From Octopus vulgaris (taxonomy: Eukaryota), in NCBI GenBank assembly GCA_951406725.2, contig OX597840.1, positions 14,818,001 to 14,882,000 on the forward strand: a stretch of DNA of 64,000 bases, given 5' to 3'. Positions 39,877 through 52,742 of this stretch are shown piece by piece. Below the pieces are notes generated by a model, which saw nothing but the letters and a program-made list of their open reading frames with translations, was not told where the DNA came from and ran no database searches. A program made the position numbers and the translations under genes. Every line of letters begins with the position of its first letter. Position 1 is the first letter of the stretch.

Positions 39877-39949
39877 GAACAAGCAGTTGCAATATCAAGT
39901 CATTTATAATATATTTATGCAGAAAATGTATGTATGTATATATATATAT

Positions 39950-40663
<714 letters not shown>

Positions 40664-40738
40664 TAGATAAAACTTAGATATGTTTCGACCAAAGATTGGT
40701 CCAGACCATGTCTAACTTAATTCAATTATATAGATATA

Positions 40739-40969
40739 TAGGGTGTTCACAAAGTCTCTCTGCAGTGAGTATTTAATGGTTTTCAGGCAATTCTTGTACA
40801 CTGATACTTTACTTGCTCCCCAGAAAAAAAAGTGTCTGGTTGTGTTAAATCAGGTGATCTTGGTGGCCAAAGTTTCTTCATTATAATCCATTCATCAAAA
40901 AAATTCTTGAAGTAGTGATGCACAGGATGAAAAAAAAATTCACTGCGGAGAGACTTTTTGAACACCCTG
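40739..40969 (-). mobile_element. Tc1/mariner MITE retaining a transposase fragment
   Basis: ~30-bp TIRs (t)agggtgttcacaaagtctctctgcagtga / tcactgcggagagactttttgaacaccctg, TA flanks; the minus strand encodes WPPRSPDLT. Confidence 0.9.
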
Positions 40970-41295
40970 TATAACTAAAGCATGAAACCATGAAATCTGG
41001 AGAGTAAGAGTTTAATGTGGTCCAAGATAGACAGGGACAATGTGATTAAAGATGTTGATGATGATACATGCGTGCGTGTGTATACATATAAACTCTATAC
41101 TTGGAATGACCAATTTTAAATACTATTGGGTTTTACTTATAAGGTATTGGAATCTTATATGTATACCATTCTGCCTAGATAATGGATCTACAAATACAAT
41201 ATTCCTGCGTATCTCACATCTATTTTCATTCCTCCACTCACTCTCTATTTCGTATCTTATCTAAATTAACTATTGCTTACTCATTTTGTCACACC

Positions 41296-41342
41296 ATCCC
41301 GATGATGGGACATAATAAATATCCTGGAAACAGCTGTAAGAC
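41296..41342 (+). ncRNA. Decayed minimal hammerhead motif
   Basis: CCGATGA-tgggacat-aataa-atatcctg-GAAA-cagctg-TA-aga; palindromic stem III. Confidence 0.6.
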
Positions 41343-41581
41343 CTATTTATAAATGTTCTAATATCTACACAGCCTTGGTTTTTTATCTCATTCTGAAAAA
41401 AAATTTTTTATATACACGCTGATATATGACCTAAGTTGGACCCCTTATTCGCATAATCACCGTATCTGGAGCTTAACTATAGTCTATCCATAGCACTTAT
41501 TCAGCATTACCTGACACCTTTGGGTCCCACTGACACCATTACCTCTCATAACCATATATGTAGATAGATATATGAATATAT

Positions 41582-41790
41582 TCTTATACTTGTTTTAGTC
41601 ATTTGTCTATGGCCATGCATGAGTACCACCTTTAGTTGTGCAAATAAACCCAAGGACTTATTCTTTGTAAGCCTAGTACTTATTCTATCGGTCTCTTTCA
41701 CTGAACTGCTAAATTATGGGGATGTAAACACACCAGCATTGGTTGTCATGTGATGTAAAGGGGTCAAACACAGACACACAAACATATACA
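41582..41790 (-). mobile_element. SINE family B 3' half
   Basis: Reverse complement of the family B 3' half; an oppositely oriented 3' half lies at 42120-42320. Confidence 0.75.
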
Positions 41791-41915
41791 CATATCACAG
41801 TAACTGTGATATTGTTGGTAAAACATGTTCTATGTCTATCTCCTTATCCTCTTGGAGATTTTAGGTAAAATTATACTAATGTGTCCTTCTAATTTAATTA
41901 AATTATGTGTCTTTG

Positions 41916-42002
41916 TGCAGCTGAAGATTGCTCTACATTTTAAATTGATGTAATGATTGCATTGTTCAATTAAATGGAGTTGCATGAAACGATCGTACTG
42001 TA
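41916..42002 (+). ncRNA. Type-I hammerhead ribozyme with intact core, inside PLE-like element 41795-42105
   Basis: tgcag-CTGAAGA (41921)-long stem II-GAAA (41986)-cgatcg-TA-ctgta; predicted GUA cleavage after 41997. Confidence 0.75.
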
Positions 42003-43288
42003 TAACCTCTGGATATCCTTGCTGCTTATTTTGATTTTAATCACCTTATTTTGAAATTGTATGGATAATACCTTACTAAATTCTGGTGTACCATATTTAT
42101 CTGAATATATATATGTGTGTGTGTGTGTGTGTCTTGATAACCATTGTTGGTGTGTTTATATCCTTGTGACTTAAAAAGCAATAGAATTATAGTGACCAAT
42201 AGAATAAGTATTAGGCTTAAGACAAGTAGCACCTGGGTCAATTTGTTCAACTAATATTCTTCAAGGTCGTGCCCCAGCATGGCCACAGTCTAATGACTGA
42301 AACAAGAAAAAGTTAAAAGATACATATATATACACACACATACACACATATTTATATAGGTGTGTAATATATAAGACAGAAGATATAAAACAGAAACATT
42401 GCTATGTTGATGATAATCTTCATCATTGTCATCGTCACCATCGTCATTGTCATCATCATCATCACCATTATCCCGGTAGCAGTGGCAGCAGGAGTGGTGA
42501 TGTCACAAGAACTTGTTGCAACACTCCATGCCAAATACAGCTCACAACATAATTGAATCTTTAAAAATCTTTATCTCTGGAATCTTTTTGAAGAAAATAA
42601 CCAAAAGTCTTTGAGACAAGTTCCTTCATTTCTGGAAAATAATTAATTTATGGCAATTGAAGAATCTTGAACAATAACGGTTTGCTGTTTCGAGAAGAAG
42701 AAAACATTTTATTCTGTTTCATTTCCTCTCTTGTCTTCCACATATTCTTTGTCTTCCTTCTCTTTCCGTCATCATTATCATCCTCCTCATACTCATCCTC
42801 TTCTTTCTTCTACATAATCTTCCTCTTCTACATCTTCTTCTTCTTCTTCTTCTTCTTCTTCTTCTTGTCTTATTCTGAATCATCTGTCCTTTGCAACTAG
42901 TTTTTTCTTTATTTTCCTTCTTGTTTTTTTTTGTCTTCTTTATTCCCTCTTCCTTCAGTTTTGTTTTCTTTCTCTTTCTGGCTCTCTTTCTTTATTCCTC
43001 TCTGTCTCCAGTCTTCCTTCATTCCACTTCATTCTTCCATGGAAAATGAATCTCCAAGAAACTCCATTCCACCATTGTTCTTGTTTACTGAGATGTCTCC
43101 TACAATAATGCCTGTTGCCTTGCCTGAGTGCAGCAATGTGCATAATATCACACTTGATGAATCACGTAGGCGGGTGGGTATGTGTGTATGTGATTGTATA
43201 CGGGTGAACAAATGTACCAGAGAGTATATATGTGTGTGTGTGTGTTTGTATACATAGGTGTGCATGTGTAAGAATATATATATGTAAA

Positions 43289-43351
<63 letters not shown>

Positions 43352-43767
43352 GTGTGTGTGTACTATATGTACTACTTGTGTTTGTGTCTATGTATGTATG
43401 TAAATATATATATGTATATACATATATATATATATACACATATATACATTATATATATGTATGTATATATATCTTATATATATGTATATATATGTCATAT
43501 ATTCATATATATATGTATACATCTTTTGTGTGTAACCATGTATGTGTGAGTTTGTATATATTTATATATACATATACATACATATATATGTATATGTATG
43601 TATATGTACACACACACTGTACATAGACATATATATTAATGTACACAGTCATACACTCATGTAAATGTGTGTATATTGATATTCATTTTCAGATGTACAA
43701 GCATCTATAAATAGAAATACACGCATATATATACTTACCCACACCTTTACACCGCTAAATGTACATA

Positions 43768-43798
<31 letters not shown>

Positions 43799-44200
43799 AC
43801 AGGCAAACAGTTTTCATCGTTTCATTAGCCATGTGCATTTCGTTGCTATCAAAGAAAGAGATTTTTCAGCTATGCAATACTTGTACCATTACAACAGAAG
43901 GCGAGACACTGCTTAGATTTTACGACTAACTGGTTCACTTTACAAGACCTATTTTAATCTCGTGGGTTTGTCCCTTGATAAGAATTTTGGTTGTGTATGT
44001 TTCCTGTGTTTATGGAATTGATATGGGGAAAATGGTATCAATTTGAGACAATATTCCTATGAATTCTTGTTTTTGACAGCTTCTTCACCTCCTCCTTGTG
44101 ATCTAGCTAGCTAACCAATCATCTATTTAACTGTCTATTGTCTATCTGCCTAATGTCTGTCTGTCAAATCTTTTGTCCTTGTTCCTATCAATTAGAAAAG

Positions 44201-44238
<38 letters not shown>

Positions 44239-44262
44239 TATTGGTAGTAGTAGTAGTAGTAT

Positions 44263-44785
44263 TGGGTGAGAGAGCAGTGCATACCATCAAAGTGGCACTG
44301 GGGTAAAATGTATGAAGCCTAGTATACCCATCATGACTACCCGTCTGATAAGGGTACACCAAGAACATTCATCACAAACATATGTGCATGACATGGTGAT
44401 CTCATATCAAGATAAACAGCACATGACCTTGCAGGTGGGGGGGGGGTGAGTTAGAATTTTCTTCAGGTTGAATATCCCATCACACTCAAAAGGTCCCTAA
44501 ATAAGGGCTGTTTAAGGTTGTTAAACGAAACATCCATGTTTCCAAACGTGAATTATCCTAACCCCAGAGAATTCCTCTCAACAAATGGCTATGATGCTTT
44601 CCCACTACTGCTCGTGATCAGAAATGCACATATCATCAGCCACTAAGGGACATGCTCAACTGGTTAAGATCAAACAACTGTAGCCCATCTTTTATACCAA
44701 GACAAAACAATGTACATGATAACACTTCCAATCAGTTAAGATCAGAAGCCATGAGAACCACTGTCTGGTACTGCATCAGCGAATC
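44263..44785 (-). mobile_element. Family E repeat, second copy, beside (TTA)n
   Basis: Reverse complement of 37116-37668 with a ~40-bp internal deletion. Confidence 0.85.
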
Positions 44786-44817
44786 TTTATCATCATCATC
44801 ATCATCATTATCATTAT

Positions 44818-45030
44818 TGAGGTGGTAAGCTGGCAGAATCATTAGCATGCTGTGCTTAGAATCATGTTGTCTGTCTTTATGTTCTGAGTTCATATTCTAC
44901 TGTGGTCAACTTTGCCTTTCATCCTTTCATGGTCAATGAATTAAGTACCAGTGAAACACTGGGTTGATGTAATCAACTTGTCCCCTCCCACCAAAATTTC
45001 AGGCCTTGTGTCTTTAGTAGAAAGGATTAT
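44818..45030 (+). mobile_element. SINE family A
   Basis: Family A sequence ending tagtagaaaggattattatt. Confidence 0.8.
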
Positions 45031-45099
45031 TATTATTATTATTATAATTCAGTAGTTTTATTTTTATATCGTGCTTAATTATTATTATTATTATTATTA

Positions 45100-45795
45100 C
45101 ATGCTACATTTGTTAGCAATGATGTTGTCTTGAGGTTTGGGGACAACAAGTCTTCTCAAATCTCAAGAATCTGTTTTTGGATTCTTGCAGAATTTCAGGG
45201 TTGCACTTTTCTGCACATCTACAATGCAAGCCCCAATTCCAATATCCTTCAGCGTCTAAGGCAGCAGTTTGTGAGTTGTGACAAGTGCACCAATTACCAC
45301 TGAAATAATTCTTGTCTTAGGATTCCAAAATCGTTTCAACTCTCTGACAACATCCTGATATTTCTCAATTCCTTCAATTTCTTTGGTATCCACTCTGTTA
45401 TCTTATGGAATTACAAAGTCTATGATCTTAAGCTGTTAATATATTTTGTCCTTTATAATCACATCTGTTCTTGCTTCACTAATAAAGTCAATCTTTATGG
45501 AGAAGTCTCATAAGATCCTATAACTCTTATTCTCTATCACAGCCTCTGGTTCATGTTCACTCCACTTTCCTGTTATTTCAAAGTCATGCATTCAGCTAAC
45601 ATCCCAATGCACTCTCTTACCTATGTCGTCATGGCTATGCTTATACTCTTTTTGTGCTAGCTTACTGCATTTATTCAAGAGGGGACTGATACTTTCGTCT
45701 CCTTTCGTGCAGATTCTACATTTTCTCTCTGACCAAGTTTTGTCAATCTTCACTTTTATTTGATTTGTCCTCATAGCATATTCCTGAGCAGCTCC
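45100..45795 (-). mobile_element. R4/Dong-like LINE fragment (zinc knuckle plus restriction-like endonuclease)
   Basis: GAAQEYAMRTNQIKVKIDKTWSERKCRICTKGDESISPLLNKCSKLAQKEYKHSHDDIGKRVHWD...EKYQDVVRELKRFWN...VVIGAL; 3' end in (TAA)n. Confidence 0.85.
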
Positions 45796-46189
45796 TAAGT
45801 GAAAAGCAATGTTTTGCCACGGGCAAAAGAGAATTATAACATGGAAGATTCTTCACTGATTCAGTTAGCTACAGTTTTAAAGACAGAAATAGGATTTATT
45901 TTTGGAGATGTTCCTGCTAAATTCTATGCATGTTGAAGACCTGGCACAGGGTTGTCCGTTTTGAGAGAAGTGAGGGTTAGTGAGTACCATTGACTGTTTA
46001 TGTGTACAATAAAAGAGATTTCTAATTTTAAAACAGGTAACGGTTAACAACAGGAAGTCCAGCTTCCAGAATGTTGCTAATGTACCAGTGGGTGTTAATT
46101 CTAACATCCAAGGGTACAAAAACAAGGGGAGACATTCCAGTGGCTGTCACAGCCACCTAAATCTATTACTGATTAGATTTTTGACAACG

Positions 46190-46851
46190 ATTTATGGGTC
46201 GACACTTGACCAAGCCAGATACACTTCAAAGACGGTCATTCTGGTGGTTTACTTTCTGTTCGATGTCAGATATTTGTTCATCCATGAACACCAGGTTGGG
46301 CAACATGCCTTCAGCAATCTGACGCAGGATAAGATGAATTCTCTCCAGTCTTCTAGCCTTATAAACTTGTGTGAGCTCACAACAGTGGATCATCTTGTAG
46401 GAGTGGGTCCTGTAAACCTCCTTCAGCACTCAATAAATCGATGTTTTGTTTATTTTTGCTCTGGCATCCAGTCTTCTGATGGAACAAGGATTTCACCATA
46501 TCTATTATCTGGTTCTTTTGAGGGGTCTGTACACTTCATTTTCAGCCATGTCTAGATCAGTCAGCAGTGGAAGCAGTCTCTTGAAATTTCTTGACAATTT
46601 CCCAGGCTGTTGTTCAGTTAATTTTAAGCTTTTTTGCTATAATTATATTACTTTCACGTCCTTTGTGGAACTTTATGATCGTTTTTATGTCTATAGCCAT
46701 TACCTAATTTATAAATCGAAATCTATTTAGTCTGAAACAAAAAGAAGACATTATAAGCTTTTATAATGAAGTATAATTTTCCTATCTTAGCAAATTTAAT
46801 GATAGTTATTGAAACCCGAAAATTCAGTTGCCTTAATTTCAGGACACCCTG
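46190..46851 (-). pseudogene. Tc1/mariner-superfamily transposon 5' remnant (possibly maT/DD37D-like)
   Basis: TIR-like cagggtgtcctgaaattaaggcaact at 46851; translation ...KARRLERIHLILRQIAEGMLPNLVFMDEQISDIEQKVNHQNDR (first catalytic D and NxQNDR). Confidence 0.75.
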
Positions 46852-47656
46852 TTGTTGCACAGGTACCTTTAGTCATATTGCTAATATTCTATCCTAATCT
46901 GTTAATTCTAGAAGTAATGTGTGTATATGAATTTGTGGGTATGTGTGTGTGTGTGAAGTGTGTGCGCATGTGTGTGTACATGTGTGTGTGTATGAATGTG
47001 TGTGTGTGTATGAATGTGTATGTGTGTTTGTAAGTATCCATTTGTATGTATGTTTGTTACTATGTGTGCAACATGTTGCATGGCATACACGTTCTATTAC
47101 ACATCTGTGTAACACAACTTGACACAGATATATGTATGAATGCATGCTTCGCCTGTTGTCCTTTCTGTACTCTTTTAACCAAACATTTATGAATATTCTG
47201 TGTGTGCATGTGTAGCGCGCATATACATATATGTATTACATGTTACACATACTGGCATATGTGGAACCTCTTAAATATTGTGCATAAATGTTGGAATATA
47301 CGAAGAGCTTACTTTCAAAACCAGATTCATGACTTTTGAGTAATTGAGGAAACAACTTGAATATCTCTGATTTTGACTGGAAGACGAAGATTCACCTACT
47401 GTCTATATGGCATCTGTCACAGTTTGTCTGAAAAAAATTACACGTGTGTGAAGCCAGCAGCTTGCAGATTGTGCTTTAATGTTTAATATCAGTGGCGATG
47501 AGGAGTCGACCTACATACAGTGGTAGATAAGACAACTCAGACGGACTGTGTAAGAAGACACAATAATTACACACAGTGAATAATAACGAAGAAAAAATGT
47601 CTGATAAAACTGGAACTTTAACACAGAACTGAACTACACAGTGAAAAATAATATAA

Positions 47657-48012
47657 ATCCATTTGAAGGACTTAAGTCAGGTTGCTATATGTTAGTAGCA
47701 CTACCAATAAAGAATGTAAACTAGTATACCTGCAGCATTCTGTCTGAAAAGAAAAGTAATTCTGTGTGGCAGAAAAAAATAATGATTATAATAAGTCCAT
47801 GTGAAGGATTTTAGTCAGGTCGCTATGTGTTAATAGCACTACCGGTAAACAATGTAGACTGGTACTACCTGCAGCATTCTGAAAAGTAAAATAATTCTGT
47901 GTGGCAGGGAAAAATAATAATGAGTCTGTGTAAAGGATTTAAGTCAGGTCGCTATATGTTAGTTGTGCTACCCGTAAACAATGTAGACTGGTACTACCTG
48001 CAGCATTCTGAT
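47657..48012. repeat. Tandem repeat, ~130-bp unit, ~2.7 copies
   Basis: aaggattt-agtcaggtcgctat-tgtta-tagcactacc-gtaaacaatgtagactggtactacctgcagcattctg occurs three times. Confidence 0.9.
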
Positions 48013-48306
48013 GAAAAAAAATGATAAGAAGAAAATGAAAGACATATCAGTTGCTATGAAATTGACCAAATATACGCTTATACTGGTTTTGAAAGTAAAC
48101 TCCTCATATATACATGTATAATATAGGACTATATATACATGTATAATAATAGGATTATTATATAGAGCGAAAGGAAATCAAACCAGTGAGTGTGTTAGAT
48201 AAGAAGGCATTAAGATAATATGACTCTCTCCAGACACAACAAATTTGGCTTCAGCACACAAATTCACATAAAGAATCTTGCAAACCAAATACAAAAACGA
48301 AGTGTG

Positions 48307-48405
<99 letters not shown>

Positions 48406-49000
48406 GTATATGTATATATATAAATATATATATTTAACAACAAAACTTTTAATAGAGAAAACTATATCTTTATTATAGTTCCCCCACCTTATAAAGCCGA
48501 CAATTGTTTCTGTTGCATATATATATATATACACACATACATATATATATTATATATATGTATATACACACATATGTGAACATACATATACACATATATA
48601 TATATATATATAAATATGATTATATATATACATATAAACATACATTCATGTATATATATACATATAGAAAATCTCATTGAAATTAATATCAGTATCTTCA
48701 AAAATACATGTTAACATATATATATATATATATATATATTTTATAGTCTCACACACACATACACATGAAAGTAAACTTTCAACTCAGCAACAAAAAACAA
48801 AAAGACAAACAATAACCCGTCTCCTCTATCTTTGCTCTGACCTCTAAAGAATGCTGTTGGACAATTCCAGATGGTTTCTCAGTTTTTTCTTTCTACTCTT
48901 CTGGAAATTTGCTTCAAGCCAAAAGAACTAAAGAGATTGCTTCTTTTTTTTCTTTTGTTATTCTGTGACATATTTCCTGCAGCTAAATGACAATACAATT

Positions 49001-49032
<32 letters not shown>

Positions 49033-49415
49033 GATATCGTAGATGATGGTGATTATTATGATGATGATAATGAAGAAAATGAGGCTGGTTTAAATTGCAG
49101 TGGTGTGGTGGTACTAGTGATGGTTGTGGGGGGTCTGTATGAACAGTGATATTTTTTTTAATATGATGATCTGTTTGGTGATGGCAGTGTTTCTCAATAA
49201 TGATGCTAATAATAATGATAATAATAATAATAATAATAATAATAATCATCATTGGCATACACAAAAAATGTATTTATATATATTATATACACATACACAC
49301 ACACATGTATATATATATATATATCTATGCATATTGTGTATACATGTATGTGTGTATTCTGTAACATATTCTACAACAGATATATATATAATTTATAATA
49401 TATTTAAAAAAAAGA

Positions 49416-49446
<31 letters not shown>

Positions 49447-49449
<3 letters not shown>

Positions 49450-49610
49450 AATATAAGTCAAGATAAAAAAATGCTAAAATAATTTTATTATAAAAAACAT
49501 TTTAGTACCGGTTTCAGTCATTGAGATCTTTACAACTCTAAGTATGGAAATCAGTTAAATTTTGGAAAAATTAAATGAAAAGTTTTTTGAAAGAATATTT
49601 GCATAGTATT
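49447..49610 (-). mobile_element. (TA)n-adjacent element end with hammerhead-like motif
   Basis: Minus strand: ag-ttgtaaa-gatc-tcaat-gact-GAAA-ccgg-TA-ct at 49501-49540; palindromic accggt. Confidence 0.4.
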
Positions 49611-50466
49611 CTAATATAAGTGGCATTTTCCTTGTTTCTGTCTGTCTCTGTCTCTCTTTTTTGCTCTTGTGGGTTCGAGGTGGTGAATTCTTGGCAGAGA
49701 AGAAGGAGAAAAGAATGCACAAGTGGTATGATAGTAGTAGGATGTTAAATGATCAAGTGAGTTAAAAGTGGCTCGTTGTGGATTATAGTAGTGATTGGGA
49801 CTGTTTTCAATGAATTCTTGGGTATCAATGATGATGCCCACAGATAATATGGACTATACTGTACTAATCCTAAGGATACTGACTCTGATGTCAAAATAAT
49901 CTGATCTGTGGAAACAACATAGGGATCTATTAAATGTTTATAAATTCCATTGTGCTATTATTGTTATTATTATATTTATATCACATTATATTGGTATAAC
50001 CATGATGCAACATCGAAAATCTGACTCACTGGTCAGTATCATCAAATGGTACCCAGCATAATGAAATAGGAGCTTTATTTGCATAGCTCTAACATTACCT
50101 AAACAAATTTTAAAAGATAAGGGAATATATATATAAAGATAAATTAAATATAAAGATATTCTATTGACTGTCCAATAATTTATTTATATTACAATATTAC
50201 ATTAAATACTATGAATATAATAATAATACTATGAATATAATATATAGCGTAACATAAAATTATATAAATAATTATAAATTGTTTTGACATATATATATTT
50301 TTTTTTCTGATATACATAATCACGGTTCCATTATGTCTATAACTGAATTATACCAATATTTATATGGTATCCAAATGAAGTACCAGTGAATTGGATGTTT
50401 AACACACACCTTTGAAGGATCTCTTTTCCTCAGTATGTTATTTATATATATATATATATATATATG

Positions 50467-50806
50467 TGAATAAATGAAATTTATGTTTGTTTGTCTTGTT
50501 GTCAAGAGAGGCTCCCTTTCTTTCCTGATGAGAAGATTGCATAATGCACCCTTCATTCCTTTGGAATGAAAACATGCTGTCTTCGAAACATATGTCGAGA
50601 GTAAAGGAATTTTGTTAACATCTTCGTTCGACTCCATTCTTTCATTTATTCATATACAACACACAAATTTCTGCACATGAACCCGGAGTTTCTACCCTTG
50701 ACAGGTCGCTTCAACCGTGTTTCTGACGTGAATTTGCTACCCAGGTTTCGGTTAAACGAATTTTCCATGCTGACGATAAACATAGGATAATTCATTCACC
50801 TACTTA
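50467..50806 (+). mobile_element. PLE/retrozyme-like element in (TA)n
   Basis: Homologous to 51450-51738; starts with 13 bp inverted relative to 50640-50652; (TA)n on both sides. Confidence 0.85.
50515..50608 (+). ncRNA. Type-I hammerhead ribozyme, intact
   Basis: ctttc-CTGATGA (50525)-gaagattgcat...atgctgtcttc-GAAA (50585)-catatg-TC-gagag; stem II pairs at 10 of 11 positions; GUC cleavage after 50596. Confidence 0.9.
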
Positions 50807-50845
50807 AATATATATATATATATATATATATCATCACCATATATG

Positions 50846-50894
<49 letters not shown>

Positions 50895-51270
50895 ATTGAT
50901 ATATATAAATGCTATAATTTTTTTTATGAAATACTATAACATTTTTTTAATATAACATTACTCAATATGACTTCAAGTTCTGTAAGTAGGAGATATTTTA
51001 AGCTTTCTCAATTTTTAAAAACTATTTTAATTAATTTATTTGTATCTGATGAGAGAAATGTGACTGTTTGTATTGGCTGGAAATCTTACCCAATACAAAC
51101 GATTGTAAGGTCTTGTATTATTGCTTTTCTTTGTATTATAATATTAGACCATTTGAAACCTAACATCTTGATGAATTGTTTATGTATTTTGTATTCTCAT
51201 GATAAAAGAACTTGACCTATGAAATTCTGTCATCTACTTTGATTTTTGTCATATATATATATATATATAT

Positions 51271-51738
51271 ATAAATGAAAGAATGGAGTTGAACGACGAT
51301 TTAACAAAATTCCTTTATTCTCGACATATGTTTTGAAGACTGCATATTCCTAATTCCGAAGGAATAAAGGGTGTATTATGCCGCCTTCTCATTAGGGCTC
51401 CGTGTGGGCAGTCATCTAAAAGTTTTTGTTCGTCATGATGCTGACATAAGTTCCTTGTCTTTCCTGATGAGAAGGCGGCATAATGCACCCTTTATTCCTT
51501 TGGAATTAGGAATATGCAGTCTTCGAAACATATGTCGAGAATAAAGGAATTTTGTTAAATCGTCGTTCAACTACATTCTTTCATTTATTTATAGTAAAAA
51601 AAACACACAAATTTCTACACGAAAGCATGTGATCTCTGCCCTTGGCTAGTAGCTTCAACCGTGTTTTCTGACGTGAATTTGCTACCCGGGTATCGGTTAA
51701 CCGAATTATCCATACTAGGATAATTCATTCAACTACTT
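51271..51738 (+). mobile_element. PLE/retrozyme-like element with a 126-bp inverted 5' duplication, in (TA)n
   Basis: 51271-51396 is the reverse complement of 51463-51588; 66-nt spacer; 150-bp tail. Confidence 0.9.
51451..51549 (+). ncRNA. Type-I hammerhead ribozyme, intact
   Basis: tttc-CTGATGA (51464)-gaaggcggcat...atgcagtcttc-GAAA (51525)-catatg-TC-gaga; distal ttcctt/aaggaa pairing; GUC cleavage after 51536. Confidence 0.9.
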
Positions 51739-51860
51739 ATATATATATATATATATTGATAGAAATGGCAAGACAACAAAAGAATGAAGGAGACCTCAAT
51801 ATTATGTAAATAGAGGAATTTATCTGTAAATATAATATGTGACAATTATTTGGTAGCCAT

Positions 51861-51921
51861 GATAAAACTCTGAGTTTCAGATGTCGGGGCGGTAACCCAT
51901 GCTGGCATCTTTTCAGTTATC
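51861..51921 (-). ncRNA. Hammerhead motif with one core change, in short element 51758-51933
   Basis: Minus strand: gataa-CTGAAAA-gatgcc...gacatct-GAAA-ctcagag-TT-ttatc; 5-bp stem I. Confidence 0.65.
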
Positions 51922-51928
51922 GGGCCAT

Positions 51929-51967
<39 letters not shown>

Positions 51968-52564
51968 CACACATACATGACCCCAGGATGGAACTCTTTG
52001 AACCATACACTTTAGGAGATTCCTACTGAAGTTCTGGGATCCACAAGCTAATTACAGATAGCCACCTATGGGAGACAATCTCTTGCACTTAACCCTTCTT
52101 ATTTGTCCATGAGTTCAACAACTAGCCACAAAGTCTTTCGTCCCTCCACCTTGAAGAGAGTTTATTGGCCCCCAGCCATCAGAGTCTGAAGAAATGCCAT
52201 AAAGTCTGTAAGGCCACAGACCAGCTATAACTATCTTTATCTAATTACTCTATTATTGCTTTATAAAATAGTGTGTGCTTCTCTTTCAGATTTAATCAAT
52301 GCATTGTTTGGCATTCTTGATTAAAATCCTTTTTGTAAAAGAATTTATAGAAAGAAATTTGTTGATATGATGATTTGACTGGGATTTCTAAGGTTTGCCT
52401 TTGATGACTTTTTTTAACAGATTGATTGAGTAAGCTGTTAGAAGGAAAATGTGAAGCCCAAGTGAAACAAATGTTATCAATACATTCACACGAATGAATA
52501 TAGTCATTACACACACACACACACACACACATGTGGCTGGATAGATAGATAGATATATAGATAG

Positions 52565-52742
52565 AAGGCGGCGAGCTGGCAGAAATGTTACATTCTGAGT
52601 TGAAATTCCACTCGAGGTCGACTTTGCCTTTCATCCTTTCGGGGTCGATTAAATAAGTACCAGTTATGCACTGGGGTCGATGTAATCGACTTAATCCCTT
52701 TGTCTTTGCTTGTTTGGCTCCTTGTGGGCAATAAAGAAATAA
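52565..52742 (+). mobile_element. SINE family A variant
   Basis: aaggcggcgagctggcagaaa...gcctttcatcctttcggggtcgattaaataagtaccag. Confidence 0.85.

Noticed and set aside
46088-46555. 155-aa plus-strand ORF
   Set aside because: Antisense shadow of the minus-strand transposase remnant
49960-50130. Possible PLE endonuclease C-terminus on the minus strand
   Set aside because: Only scattered Cys/Leu resemblance across frameshifts; too decayed to call
51040-51112. CTGATGA followed by the hairpin tttgtattgg/ccaatacaaa and cgattgta
   Set aside because: GAAA is absent and stem II is not adjacent to the core; it may be a decayed HHR but I cannot support it
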